Shown here piece after piece: positions 27,401-42,837 of a DNA stretch of 64,000 nucleotides. Origin of the DNA: Prorocentrum cordatum (taxonomy: Eukaryota); NCBI GenBank assembly GCA_963575745.1, contig CAUYUJ010000211.1:1-64000 (forward strand). Direction: 5' to 3'. A program made the position numbers and the translations under genes. The notes under the pieces were generated by a model. It saw only the letters and a program-made list of their open reading frames with translations, did no database searches and was not told where the DNA came from. Each line of letters starts with the position of its first letter. The first letter of the stretch is position 1.

Positions 27401-29306
27401 GGAGGAAGGAGGAGGAGGGGACGCTGACGCTCGGGGGGTGGGACGCGGTGCATCGTGCCTCGCCGGATCGTGGTGGGCCGGAGCTGGCGGATCGACACGC
27501 GAGGTAAGCGAAAGCTATAGTCGTGGAGGGCGATGGCCCAAAAACTCTGGGCGGATGGTCCTTTTTGGAAGCTGGGCATCCTCCTACCATCTCGGCCACT
27601 CGGGGCGCAGCGCTGCCCCCCCACGGCGCGCGGGCAGAAACATCCGGGGCCCGCGGGTCGAACGTGTTCCGTCCAGCGAACTTCTGGGGACTCCGGCCCC
27701 CCATGCGGAGGCCTGGAACCCTTCCAAAAGCAGCGCTTTTACACGCCCCCGTCTTCTGTCGTTCCCGCGGCCCAGGAAAGGGCCTCCACAGGCAGAGGAT
27801 TAGAAAAAACCATCCGCCATTTTTTTTTCTCCCATGACGCTAAGGGGGCCTGGGGACGAGGAGGAGCAAGAGGAGGAGGAGGAGGAGGAGGAGGAGGAGA
27901 GGAGGAGAGAGGAGGGGGCGGCGGAGGTAGGGAGGAGGAGCGCGGAGGAGGAGAGTGAAGGAGGCGGAGAGGAAGGAGGAAGAGGAGAGGAGAGAGGAGG
28001 TGGAAGAGAGGAGGGAGGGGAGGAGGAGGAAGAGGAGGAGGCGGAGGAGGAGGGGGGGAGGAGAGAAGAGGAGGGAGGAGGAGAGATAGGAGGACGGAAG
28101 GGGAGGAGGCGGCGGCGGAGGATAGGGTAGGATGCAGAGGGGTGGGGGAGGAGGAGGAGGAGGAGGAAGGAGGAGGAGGGGAGGAGGAGAGGAGGGGAGG
28201 GGCAGGGGGAGGGGGAGGGGTAAGGGGGGAGGAGGAGGATGGTGGGGAAGGGGCAGGAGGAGGAAGAGGAGGAAGAGTAGGAGGAGGAGTCGAAGGAGGA
28301 AGAGGAGGAGGAGAATGAGGAGGAGGAGGAGGAGGCGGATGGAGGAGGAGGAGGAGGAGGAGGAAAAGGAGGAAGAGGAGGAAGAAAAGGAGGAGGAGGA
28401 GCCGCCTTGGTTCGCGCCCGCCGTCTTGGGATCCCAGTCTTTGTGCGCGACGTATTTGCCAGGCCCTGGCGTCTTGAGGGCCTGCCTTGGTCAGGGAGGC
28501 AAGGAAGGAGGGAAAGGACCGAGGGACAAGGAAAAGCGGAGAGGGGGAGCGCGAGGAAGGATATGGAACAGGGAGGATGAGACAGGTGGGTGGAAGGAGG
28601 AAGGCGGGCAGATAGGGAGGGAGGTAGAGGGGAGGGAGGAGGGAGGGATGAAAGAGAGAGAGGGAGAGAGCTGGCAATGACCGCGCGCACGCCACCCCCT
28701 CAACAGTACTGTTGGGGGTGGGATGCTCCTGTGCACGCTCGCGATGCCCGTGGCCAAGCCCCTCCACACCTGCCTCGGCTGTACCGGGGAGTGAACTCGC
28801 TCCCCGCCTCTACTCCCACGCCGCCCCCATAAGAGGGGGACCATGACATGCGCCGCGCCCGCCGGAACTTCGCCGCGCGGCTCTGGATGTCGGGGCCTCG
28901 CGCTGCGATGGAAATCTCTCGAGCGTCGCTGCGCGATTGATCAGGCGACGAGCGCGTCGCGCCGTGCGCGGTGGTGCAGATGCGCCGCGTCGGGAGCAAC
29001 AGGGCGCTCCACCCTCGAGCTGGGGAGGCCTCGCGCGGCGCCACGAGCTTCCCCGCGCGACTGGGGGGCGCTCGAGCGCCGCAGGGGAGGACCCGCGCGG
29101 CCCGCCGCGAGAGGGCCGCGGCCGTGCCTCGGCCAGCGGTTCGACGGGGCTGCCTCGGCGGCCCTCGGGCTCAGGTCGGGGGTGTCCTCCTGCAGGCGGA
29201 TTTTGGACGAGCAATTAAAACGTAGTCAAGAAAAGCCAGAGAATGCTCCAACATGATCAACAATCGTCCCGGGACTATTTTTATGTTTTTGTTGTTGTTT
29301 TTGTCG

Positions 29307-29340
<34 letters not shown>

Positions 29341-29399
29341 AGTTGCTGTTTTTGTCGTTGTTGTTGTTGCTGTTGCTGTTGCTGTTGCTGTTGTTGTTG

Positions 29400-30850
<1,451 letters not shown>

Positions 30851-31599
30851 TAGCCAGGACCCCCGCTCCCGCCCGAGACTTCCTCGCATTTTATTCAGGA
30901 ATCGCGCTCTCGCTTGGGACTTCCTTACAGGAATCGCTCTCCCGGCGCTCTGGAGTCGCGCTCTCGCTGGAGACTTGCTTGCAATTTACTGAAGAATAGC
31001 GCCCCTGGGTTGGATTTTTTGCAATTTGCTCCAGCGCCGCGCTCCCGACACCCAGACACCCAGGAGTCGCGCTCGTTGTGGCCCCATGTGCATGGCCTTC
31101 GTGGCCCCGCTGTCGCCGTTTGTGGCCCCCTCACTGTCCTACGTGGCCCAGTTGCTACCCTCAGTAGGAAAGAGCGCGCCCGTCGCGACCGGAATAAGAA
31201 AAGGGGGGCCCCAGTTTCAAGCTCCCCCCCCCCTTCCTTCCAAACAGGGAGGGGGTGGAGCTTCCGAAGCTACCCCCCCCCCCTTTCGTAAGGCTTTCTA
31301 AGCTGGGGGGGCTCTGGCTCAAGGGGGGGGGCTTCGAAGCTACCCCCCCTCCCCCCCTTTTTTGGACCAGAAGGTGAGCTTGGGCTTACCTTTCAAAGGG
31401 GGGGGCTTCGAAAGCTACCTCCCCTCCTCCTTTTTTTTTTGGTTTGTACACAGGGGGGGCGGCTTCAAGCTATTCCCCCCCTGTGCAAGGGGGGGGTCCG
31501 AAGCTACCTCCCCCCCCTCCCTTCCGGGGCTCTGGCAAAATGGTGGAAATCCCTGACGACAGGTGCGCACCGCAGCGCTAGAGAATGAATTGGAGAATA

Positions 31600-34100
31600 A
31601 CGTCGACCCCTGGTTCGTTTTCTTGTTTTCTTGTTTTCTCGGCCCCTGATTCGTAGTCTCGTTTTCTCGGGCCCTGCTTCGTTTTCTTGTGTTCTCGTTT
31701 TCTTGTTTTTCTTGTTTTCTTGTGTTTTCGGCTCTTGGGCCGCGGTCTCGTTTTCTCTGATCCTGGTTCGCGTTCTCGTTTTCTTGTTTTCTCGGCTGGG
31801 TCGTGGTCCAGTTTTCTCGGACCCTGCTTCGTTTTCTCATTTTCTCGGCCCCTGGGTCGTGGTTTTGTTTGAACGGACGCTGATTAGTATTCTCGTTTTC
31901 TCGTTGTCTCGGCCCCCGGGTGGTGGTCGGGTATTCTCTGACCCTGCTTCGTTTTCTCGTTTCTTTATTTTCTTGGCTCCTGGGTCGTGGTCTCGCTTTC
32001 TCGAACCAAGCGTTTTCTGGTGATCTCGGCCCCTGGTTCGTGGTTTCCTCGGACCCGTTGGTTTTCTTCTTTTCTTGTTTTCTCGGCCCCTGGGTCGTGG
32101 GTCGTTTTCGCGTTTTCTCATTTCCTCGGCTCCTGGGTCGTGGTCTCGTTTTCTCGGGGCCTGGTTAGTTTTCTCGTTTTTTTTTTTTTTTTTTTTTTTT
32201 TTGTTTTTGTTTTTTTGTTTTCTAGGCCCCTGGGTCGTGGTTTCGTTCTTTCTGTTCCGGCTCGTTTTTTCGTTTTCTTGTTTTCTCGGCCCCTGGTTCG
32301 TAGTCTCGTTTTCTCGGGCCCTGATTCCGTTTTTCGTGTTCTTGTTTTCTCGGCCCCTGGGTCGTGGTCGTGTTTTCTCTGACCCTGATTCGTTTTCGCG
32401 TTTTCTTTGCTCTTGGGTCGTGGTCGCGTTTGCTCGGACTTTGGTTTGGTTTCTCGTTTTCTCGTGTTCTCGGCCCCTGGGTCGTGGTCTCGTTTTCTCG
32501 GACCCTGGTTCGTTGTTTTGTTTTCTCGCTTTCTCGGCTTTTGTTTCTTTGTGTTGTTTTTTCGGGCCCTGGTTCGTGATCTCGTTTTCGTGTTTTCTCG
32601 GCCCCGGGTCGTGGTGTCAAGTTTCCTCGGACCCTTGTTAATTTCCTCGTTTTCTCGTGTTCTTGGCCCCTGGGTTGTGGTCTCGTTTCCTCTGACCCTG
32701 GTTCGTTTTTTGTTTTCTCGGCCCTTGGGTTGTGGTCTCCTATTCTATGACCCTGGTTCGGTTTCTCGTGTTCTCCGTATCTCGGCCCCTGGATAGTGGT
32801 TTTGTTTTCTCTGACCCTGGTTTGTTTTCTCGTCCTTCTGTTTTCTCGGCCCCTGGGTCGTGGTCTCGTTTTCTCGGGCCCCGGTTCGTTTTCTCGTTTT
32901 CTCTTTGGCTCGGCCCTTGAGTTTTTTTCTCGTTTTCTCGGCCCCTGGTCCGTTGTCTTGTTTTCTTGTTTTGTCGGCCCCTGGGTCGTGGTCTCGTTTT
33001 CTCCGACCCTGATTCGTTGTCTTGTTTTCTTGTTTTGTCGTCCCCTTTTTTTTGTTCTCTCGGACCCTGGTTCGTTTTCTCGTTTTCTTGTTTTCTCGGC
33101 CCCTGTCTCGGACCCTGGATTGTTTCCTCGTTTTCGCATTCTGTCTGCCCCTTGGTCGTGGTCTCATTTTCTCGGACCCCGTGTCGTTCTTTCGTTTTCT
33201 CGTTTTCTCGGCTACTGGGTCGTGGTCTTCTTTTTTTTGGACCTTGGTTCGTTTTCTCGCTTTCTCGGCCCCTGGGTCGTGGTTTCGTTTTCTCGGGCAC
33301 TGGTTTGTTTTCTCGTTGTCTCATTTTGTCGGCCCCGGGGTCGTGGTCTCGTTTTATCGGACCCTGGTTCGTTTTCTCGTTTTCTCTGCCCCTGGTTCGT
33401 GGTCTCGTTTTCTCTGGCCCTGGTTCGTGTCCTCGTTTCTTGTTTTCTCGGCGCCTGGGTCGTGGTCCAGTTTTCTCGGACCCTGGTTCGTTTTCTCGTT
33501 GTCTCGTTTTCTCGGCCCCTGGGTCGTGGTTTCGTTTTCTAGGACCGATATTCGCGTTTTCTCGGCCTGGGTCGTGGTCTCGTTTGCTCGGACCTTGGTT
33601 TGTTTGATTGTTTTCTCGTGTTCTCGGCCCCTGGGTCGTTATCGTGGTTTCTCGGACCCTGGTTCACTGTCTCGTTTTCTTGTTTTCTTGGCTTCTGGGT
33701 TGTTGTTTTGTTTTCTCGGGCCCTGGTTCGTTTTCTAGTTCTTCTCGTTATATCGGCCCTTGGGTTGTGATCTCGCTTTCTCGGGCCCTGGTTCGTTTTC
33801 TCGTTGTCTCGTTTTCTCGGCCCCTGGGTCGTGGTTTCGTTTTCTCGGGCACTGGTTTGTTTTCTCGTTGTCTCGTTTTGTCGGCCCCTGGGTCGTGGTC
33901 TCGTTTTATCGGACCCTGGTTCGTTTTCTCGTTTTCTCTGCCCCTGGGTCGTGGTCGCGTTTTCTTGGACCCTGGTGCGTTTTTTTGGACCCTGGTTCGT
34001 TTTCTCGTTTTCTCGCCCCCTGGGCCGTGGTTTCGTTTTCTCGGACCCTGCTTCGTTTCCTCGTTTTCTCAGCCCCTGGGTCGTGGTCTCGTTGACCCTT
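31600..34100. repeat. Degenerate satellite, ~65-70-bp unit
   Basis: TTTTCTCGGCCCCTGGGTCGTGGTCTCGTTTTCTCGGACCCTGGTTCG repeated about 30 or more times. Confidence 0.9.
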
Positions 34101-34958
34101 GGTCGTCGTCGTCGGTCGCGCGTCGTCCGTCGTCCGTCGTCCGTCGTCCGTCGCTGTCTTCGTATGACCTCGTCCTCGTCGTGACGACCACGACGAGGTC
34201 ATGCGAAGACGGCGATACCGACGGCGACGGCGTCGACAACGACGACGAGGACGACGACGGTGTCGTACGAAGACGTCGAGCGACGGCGACGGCAACGACG
34301 ATGGCGACAGGGGAGGATCGTCGGGCAGGGGGAGTTCAAGGGAGGGGGTGATAGGTTCCAGCAGGGGGGGTTCAAAGGTGGGGGGGCAGCTAAGCTCTCC
34401 TCCCTTTGTTAAGTGGGGGAGGGGGGGAGCTTCCGGAGTGGCAGAAGTGGGGGCGGGGGGGGTAGCTTCCGGGGGGGGGACAGAAAGGGAGGGGAGGTGG
34501 GGGGGCTCCTGGCAGAGGGGGGCCACAGGGGAGGGGGTAGCTAAGCCCCCCCCCGTTTGGAAAGGGGGGAGGGGGGGGGGGGTGGGCATCTTCAACCGCG
34601 GAAGGGGGGGAGGCGGCGGGGTAGCTTCTTTCCAGGGGCGGACGACACAGGAGAGGGGGGGGGGGGTAAGCTTTCCTGGGGGCAAGGGAAAGGGTGGGGT
34701 TAGCTAAGGGGGGACCCCCCCCCCTTGCTCCGTCACTGAGGGCGCGCTCTCTCCTCAGTAGCCCCAGTGTTGCCTTCTGTGGCCCCGTATTATCTGCCCT
34801 TCGTGGCCCCCGCTCGCTCGCGCTCTTCGTGGCCCCATACGCGTTCCCTTCGTGTCCCCGCTGTCGCCCATCGTGGCCTACTTCGTGTCCTTCGTGGCCC
34901 CGCTGTCGTTCTCTTTCGCTCTCGCTTTCGCTCGTCGTCGTCGCCATCGTCGTCGACG

Positions 34959-34990
<32 letters not shown>

Positions 34991-35220
34991 GGTCCCCTGT
35001 CCGTCCCTTTTGGGGTCGCGGCCACCCCGCCGATCAGCGCTGCCGCTGGCCAGGCCGACGGTCCGTGGCCGCCCCGCCGCTTGCTGGGGCCGGCCTGCTG
35101 GGAAGAAGTGTATCCCCCCCAAAGGGGGTTCGATCGAAGGCTGAGAGGGCGGGTATCGAGGGTGTGGGAAATACGCGTTATTGGACACTCGGACAGATAA
35201 GGGCGAACAGTCTTACAGTG

Positions 35221-35254
<34 letters not shown>

Positions 35255-35256
<2 letters not shown>

Positions 35257-36417
35257 GAACATTATTTCTTCTTAAGAATAATTATTGTTGGGACCCCTGG
35301 TGCGCGACCCCCCCGCCGCGCCTAGGCCGCAGCCACATTTTCATCATTTTCGTGAGGAAGTCTCAGGCAAAACGATTGGTACCGGATCCGGTTTTTTGTT
35401 GACGCTCGTTTTCCCTTGCAAAAAACAATAGAAAATGAAAATTCTTGTTCTTAGTTGATCAAATTGCAAGAATCCCTTGCAAAAAATAAGGTAAAGTGGA
35501 CATTCGTGCGCGCAAGACGAAATCCTTCCAAAACCTTAGGTTTCGTAACGATTTTAACATAAAAACATCAAAAACCCAATGGTTTTTTAAGAAAAAATTG
35601 TCAAAATGTCCTTCCGCGCGCGCTGTCCGAATCCTACAAAACCAATGGTTTTTCAACATTTATGTTACATGAGCTCGCGCGAGCTACTTTTTCTTGTTCT
35701 AACATAATCAAATTTCAATAATCCCTTGCAAAAAATAAGGTAAAGTGGACATTCGCGCGCGCAAGACGAAATCCTTCCAGAACCTTAGGTTTCGTAACGA
35801 TTTCAACATAAAAACATCAAAAAGCCAATGGTTTTTCAAAAAAAAATGTCCAAATTTCATCCCGCGCGCGCTGTCCGACTCCCACTCCCACAAAACCATG
35901 GTTTTTCAACATTTATGTTACATAAGCTCGCGCGAGCTACTTTTTCTTGTTCTTACATAATCAAATTTCAACATCCCTTGCAAAAAAAAAGTAAAGTGGA
36001 CATTCGCGCGCGCAAGACCAACAAAAAACACGACGATCTCAGGAACTTGCCCCAAAAATGTGGCCAACTCCGCTCTCTCTGTCTCTCTCTCTGTCTGCTC
36101 TCTGTCTCTCTCTGTCTGTCTGTCTGTGTCATGTATTGTATGTCACAATTGCAGGATGCTGGGCACACGCGCGCCCCGAATAAGTGACCAAGTTCTGTGG
36201 GTGTGTACCCCACGCCAGTGTAGTAGCCACGGTCGTCCGCACGCCACGAAGTGAAGTGTCCCAACGTCATAGGGCGGGAAGCTGGGTTTGGGTGGTCGCG
36301 AAGAGTCGTTTGGATAATTGGTAGAGCTTGAACTGCCCCCCCACGAAGTGGGGGTATTGGCGGGCGTCGCATGAAAACCCTGGCACTGGTGAGAACACTG
36401 AGCGTTCGGGTAAAATG

Positions 36418-36464
<47 letters not shown>

Positions 36465-36700
36465 GATTGTTGAACTCTCAGTTCAGCAGAATAATTATTG
36501 TTGATCCCCCCTCACCGGTGCATACTGTTTCTTCTCAATCGAAGTGTGCCCCTCGACGCTCGCACCCTGTTTTTGGCAGGGCAAGTCTTGGTGCTCAAAC
36601 TAGGCCCCTGGCTCCCCAGATTACAACAACAACGGCTCCCGCCTGAAACTTTCGCCAAATGTACTCAGGACCCCCGCTCTTGAGACTTCCTCACAATTTA
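35255..36700 (-). mobile_element. Dispersed ~1.4-kb repeat, copy 2
   Basis: Colinear with 29400-30850, including the unique segments 30280-30555 and 36145-36420. Confidence 0.75.
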
Positions 36701-37792
36701 CTCAGAATCGGTGCTCCCGCCTATGACTTCCTCGCAATTTAGTCAGGACCCCCGCTCCCATCTGAGACTCCCTCACAATTTACTCAGGAACGGCGCTCCC
36801 GATTGAAACTTCCTCGCAATTGAATCCAGACTTCTTCGCAATTTAGTCAAGACCCCCGCTCCCGCCAGAGAACCCTTCACATTTTATTCAGGAATTGCGC
36901 TCTCGCCTATGACTTCCATGCAGTTATTCAGAAATCGCGCTTTCGACGCTGAGGAAACACGCTGCGCCAAGGACGCCGTTACAATTTACTGAGCAATCGC
37001 GCTCCCGCCATACTCAGGCATCCCGCGTGAATGTCCCACCCGCCCGACCCGCCCGTCAAGGGACCGCCAGCCCGTCGTGGGCTTCCGCCCGAGACTTCCT
37101 TGAGGAATGGTGCTTTCGCCTGGGACTTCCTCGAACGTTCACGCTCTTACCTTCCTGCTCCTCCTCCCTCCCCCTCCTCCTTCCTCCCTCCTCTCCTCCC
37201 TTCTCTCTCCCTCCTCTCGTCCCTCATCCGTATGCCTCTCTGCCCTATCCCCTCTCCCTCCTCTCCCTCCTCCCTTCTCCCTCCCCTGTCCCGCCTCCTC
37301 ACTCCCTCTTTCTTTCTTTCTTTCTTTCTTTCTCTCTCTCTCTCTCTCTTTCTCTTTCTCTCTCTCTCTCTCTCTCCCCTCTCTCTATATTTCAGTACCT
37401 CTCTTATCTGTTTTTTTTTTTTTTTTCTCTGTCTCTCTCTCTCTCTGCCTCTAATCAACCGCCCCCCTCTGCGCTCCTTCTCTCCTGGCGTTTTCCCTCT
37501 TCCTTCGTCCCTCCCCCTCGCTTCCTCCCACTCTTCCTCGTTCTCCCCCTCCTCTTTCTGCAGGACCCACACCAATTCCAATGGCGGGCACATGTACGCC
37601 CACGAAGGATCGTCCGCCAGTTCAGGTTTGCCCTGTCTAAGCCCGCCGCCCCCCGTAAAGAGGAAAAATCACCCAAACGGGGTGTGATCGAATACAAAAA
37701 CGGCGGATATCGAGGGTGTGGGGAACTCGTTTTGAATGACACGCGGGCAAGTAAGAGCGAACAGTCTTAGAATGATTGTTGCTGCTGTTGTT

Positions 37793-37826
<34 letters not shown>

Positions 37827-37835
37827 TCGTCGTGG

Positions 37836-37924
<89 letters not shown>

Positions 37925-38059
37925 GAACGTTAATAACTAAGCAATTATTATGGTTTGACGCCTTAAAAGGCACTCTCGCCACGGCGCCGGCTACATTTTC
38001 ATTGAAAATGAGACGCTCGAGCGGTTTGGGGGACCGCCACAACCGGCCCCCCAACAACA

Positions 38060-38980
38060 GCAGCAACGCTCCCGCTCGAGACTTCCTCCCTTTTTACTCA
38101 GGGCTGGTGTTTTTGCTCGCCGCCGAAAGCCCCCGTCCTAACAAAAACAGCGCTCCCGCTCGAAACTTCTTCCCATTTTACCTTGGACTGGCGCGCTAGT
38201 CTTTTTCTCATCGGCGCCGCCCCCAGCGAAAATAATGCTCCCGCTCGAGGCTTCCTCCCTTTTTTGCTCAAGGCGGTGTTCCTCCTCGCCGCCGAAAACC
38301 GCCGCCCCGACGAAACCGACGCTCCCGCCCGAGACTTCCTTCCGTTGTACGTTGGACTGGCGCCTACTCTCTTTTGATTTGGGGCCGCTCCCAGCAATAA
38401 CAACGCTCCCGCTCGAACTTTCCTCCCTTTTTTCCTGAAGACGGTGCTATTCCTCGCCGCCGACAGCCCCCGTCCCGACAAGATCATGGCTCCCGCTCGA
38501 TGCTTCCTCCTTTCTTACTCTAGGCGGGGTTCCTTTTCGCCGCCAAAAACCGCCGCCCCGACAAAACCAGCGCTCCCGCCCGAATCTTCCTTCCGTTGTA
38601 CGCTGGACTGGCGCCCTACTCTCTTTTGAATTGGGGCCGCTCCCAGCAATAACAACGCTCCTGCTCGAAATTTCCTCCCTTTTTCCTGAAGACGGTGCTG
38701 TTCCTCGCCGCCGACAGCCCCCGTCCCGACAAAACCACGGCTCCCGCTCGCTGCTTCTTCCCTTCTTACTCAAGGCGGTGTTGCTCCTCGCCGCCGAAAG
38801 CCGCCGTCCCAACAAAACCAGCGTTCCCGCTCGAGACTTCGTTCCCTTTTACGCTGGACTAGCGCCGTACTCTCTTCAGCATTGGCGCCGCTCCCAACAA
38901 CAACAGCAGCCCTGCTCGAGACTTCCTCCCTTTCTATTCAGGGGCAGGTCCTCGCCTCACCGCCGACAGCCCCCATCCCC
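38060..38980. repeat. ~84-bp tandem repeat with apparent 3-unit higher-order structure
   Basis: GCTCCCGCTCGAGACTTCCTCCC core about every 84 bp; every third unit carries GGACTGGCGC. Confidence 0.75.
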
Positions 38981-39254
38981 AGCAAGGCAATCCTGTCGTT
39001 CGATACTTCCTAGTGCTTTACCCTTTGCTGGGGTTCCACTGGCGGTCTCGCATCGTCGCAGCAAGGCGCGAGCATGTGTTTTCGAGGCAGGATATGTTGA
39101 AATTCCTCGGAGGAGGTGTTTGCAAGACCTCATTGGGCAGGAGATCTGGGAATGGGAATAGCGGACCCCGCTATAGCACAAGAGCCCCCATTACGTGGAT
39201 GGTGATCATGATGGTCGCATGCTTCGTGTGGAAACATCGCGCATGAGGATACCA

Positions 39255-39855
<601 letters not shown>

Positions 39856-41127
39856 TTAGGATTGTTTGTTGTTTTTTTTTGGGGGGGGGGGGGTCCTAAA
39901 TTTTCCTCCCAAGTCCGCCTGTGGGATGACATGCCCGACCTGAGTGAACCGCCCCCGCCGCCCTCGCCTCGCGGCCTGCCGAGGGGGCCGAGCCGGGCAG
40001 AGCCGTCCGGCGGCGGCGCGGGCACCCCGGGCATGGTCGCACCGCGAAGCCCGGAGAGCCGACGCTCCAGAGAACGGACTGGTCGGAGCGGCGGGATTCT
40101 GGGCAGTCTTCGGCCTATTGTTTTTCTCTTGCTCTGGCCAGGGGGCGGTCGCCCGTCGTGTGGCCAGTGCCTCCCAGCCCACGGGGCTGCTGGAGGTACC
40201 CTTTCAGTCAGTGAGGTCTCCTTCACTGCCAGCAGTGGTTTCCTAGCCGCCGCTGCTGGTTCTGTTTTTCACCACGGCTGTTCCGGCGTTGAGCTCAAAA
40301 AAATCGCGGGCCCTCGGGAGCGCCAGAAAACGACCCAGGAGCAATATCAGCCAGCGTTGACTCCAGGTAGATTTTTCGACGACACAGAGTAAGGAATCGG
40401 AGGAATCAAGCATGCCTGGAATCCGCAACTCAGCAAGCAAGCAGGCGTGCAATCAAACGCGCAGGCAAGCGCGCAAGCAGGCAAGCAAACAAGCAGGCAA
40501 GCAAGCAAACGTGACGAATTAGTAGGGTTTGAGTTAGAACTCCGATAGGGCAAGTCTGTTTGGAGAAAAGCCGGCTGCGGGGAAGCGGTGCAGACCTCCG
40601 GGGCCCACGCATCGAGAACATCGGAGCGAGCTGGCTGCCTGGGCAGTGCAGGGCGGAGGCTTTTTGCACCGCCTCCGGCCGCGGGAGGCCCTCGCCGGGC
40701 CCCGGGGCCGTCAAGGGACGACGCAGGGTGAGAGGTCGGTCCTGGGGAGACGATCGTGACTTCCGGGCGCGCCGTGCCGACGAACATCAGGACGTCGCAT
40801 GCTCGGGATTGGATGAGGAGCCCGTCGATGATGAGTTCCGGGGTCTGGAGGCCGGCGGAAGTCCAATCGTGGAGTGGCCATGGATGTCGTCGCCGCCTTC
40901 ATTCGAGAAGGAAGCCTCCAGGGTCTGAAGCGTCCTGGGCACATTCCCTTGCGAACGCCGCCGCCCTATGGGCTTCCCGCAATTCCGAGCTACTGGAAGC
41001 CCTTCGGCACTCGGAAAGTGGGCGCTCAGCCAGGGCATTTCGGTTTCCCATGATTCGCCACCGCCGCTGTCCAGGCCCATCCTGCCTGGGCCGAGGATCG
41101 GCGCAGATGCCGTCGCCCGACACTCAC

Positions 41128-41241
41128 GTCGGGCCTGTCCCCCAACAGGGAGAACATTCCAAAGTACAAAAAAATAGTCGCGGGACGATTTGTCGATTAC
41201 TTTCTCGTTTGGTTATATATATATATATATATGTATAGATA

Positions 41242-41290
<49 letters not shown>

Positions 41291-41333
41291 CGGTTTTTCG
41301 TCCAAAATCCGCCGGTAGGAGGACATGCCCGAC
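41128..41333. mobile_element. MITE-like element with GTCGGGC.TGTCC terminal inverted repeats and a (TA)n core
   Basis: GTCGGGCCTGTCC at 41128 and GGACATGCCCGAC at 41321-41333. Related ends occur at 22681, 29170 and 39909-39944. Confidence 0.55.
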
Positions 41334-42837
41334 CTAACCCTACACTCCCTGTCCCTCCCCCTCGGCGCTGCCCCCTTGCTGGGAGGCTGGGCGGGCGAGA
41401 GCTGCGTGCACGCGCGGCCACGTGCCTTTGCGGCCCTCGGCCCCCGCACGGGTGCGCACGCTTGGCCCCGCCCCCTCCCGCCACCCAGCGCGTGGCCTTC
41501 GATTGCCCCACGAGCGCGTCCAGCGTGTGCTCCGCGGTGTGTCTCTCCTGGGGCCTCCCAGAGGGGGCCACTTCGCCACACGTGGGAGGCCCGGAGAGGG
41601 CTCGCGGCGCGGCCCTGGGGGGTGCTCGAGAGGGGCCTGGGGCCGATCTCGGTCGGACGCTGGCCGGGCGCGATCCTGCGCCCTGGGAGGGCGCGCGGGG
41701 GCGCGCCGGGCCTCGGGAGGTCCCGATCCGCAGGGGCGCTCCTCGAGAGGGCCTGGCCATTGGCGCGTCGCGCCACATTAGCGTGGACGCCGTCGGGACA
41801 GGCGGGCGGAGGCCGGCGGGGGGGGCGGCGGCGGCGGCGGCGGAGGAGGAGGAGGAGGAGGAGGAGGAGGAGGAGGAGGAGGAGGTGGAGGAGGTAGGAG
41901 GAGGAGGAGGAGGAGGAGGAGGAGGAGGGGAGGAGGAGGGAAGAGAGGAGGAGGAGGGGAGGAGAGGAGGCGGGAGGAGGAGAGGAGGGAGGAGGAGGAG
42001 GAGGAGGGAGAGGGGGGGGCAGGAGTAGGAGAGGAGGTGGAGGGGGAGGGGGAAAGACGAGGAGGAGGAGGAGAGGAAGGAGGAGGAGGAGGAGGAGGAG
42101 GAGGAGGAGGAGGAGGAGGGGAGGAGGAGGGGAGGAGGAGGAGGAGGAGTGAGGGAGGAGGAGGAGGAGGAGGAGGAGGAGGAGGAGGAGGAAGAGGAGG
42201 AGGAGCGATGATAATAGCAATAATAATGTTAATAACGATAACAAGATTATGAAAACTTGTAATAACACTTAGAATATTACTAATAATCATAATATTCATT
42301 CTTGTTATTATAATAGTAATAAAGATATCATTACTAGTATCAACAATCATGATACGAATGCTACTATTACTACTAGTAAAAAACTACTAATACTACTACT
42401 ACGACGAAAATACTAATACCAATAAGAAGAAGAGGAATACGACTAATACTAATAACAATATTAATAATAAGAATCGGGATGCGAATGCATGATAATAATA
42501 GTACTAGTGATAGTAATAATGATTATAATACTAATAATAATACTATTAATACGAATACTAGTTATAATGCTAATAATGATAATAAGGATAATAATATCAC
42601 TACTAATACTAATAATAATCATAATCGTAACAATAATACTACCAAAAACAATAGTAATACTATTAAAATTAATAATACTATTATCTCGGCAAAGCAACCT
42701 AACAGCGATGTGTAGAAGCATATATGGAAACATTCCCCTTAAGATCCAGATGAGAATCCAGTTGTAGAATTCTCCTGTTCTCGCAGTCGCAGTCGCATTC
42801 GCGATGACAGTCGCAGTGGCAACGGCAGTCACAGTCA

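Noticed and set aside
31315..31323. TGGCTCAAG as a relict spliced leader
   Set aside because: Only a 9-nt match, no upstream SL similarity and no downstream ORF
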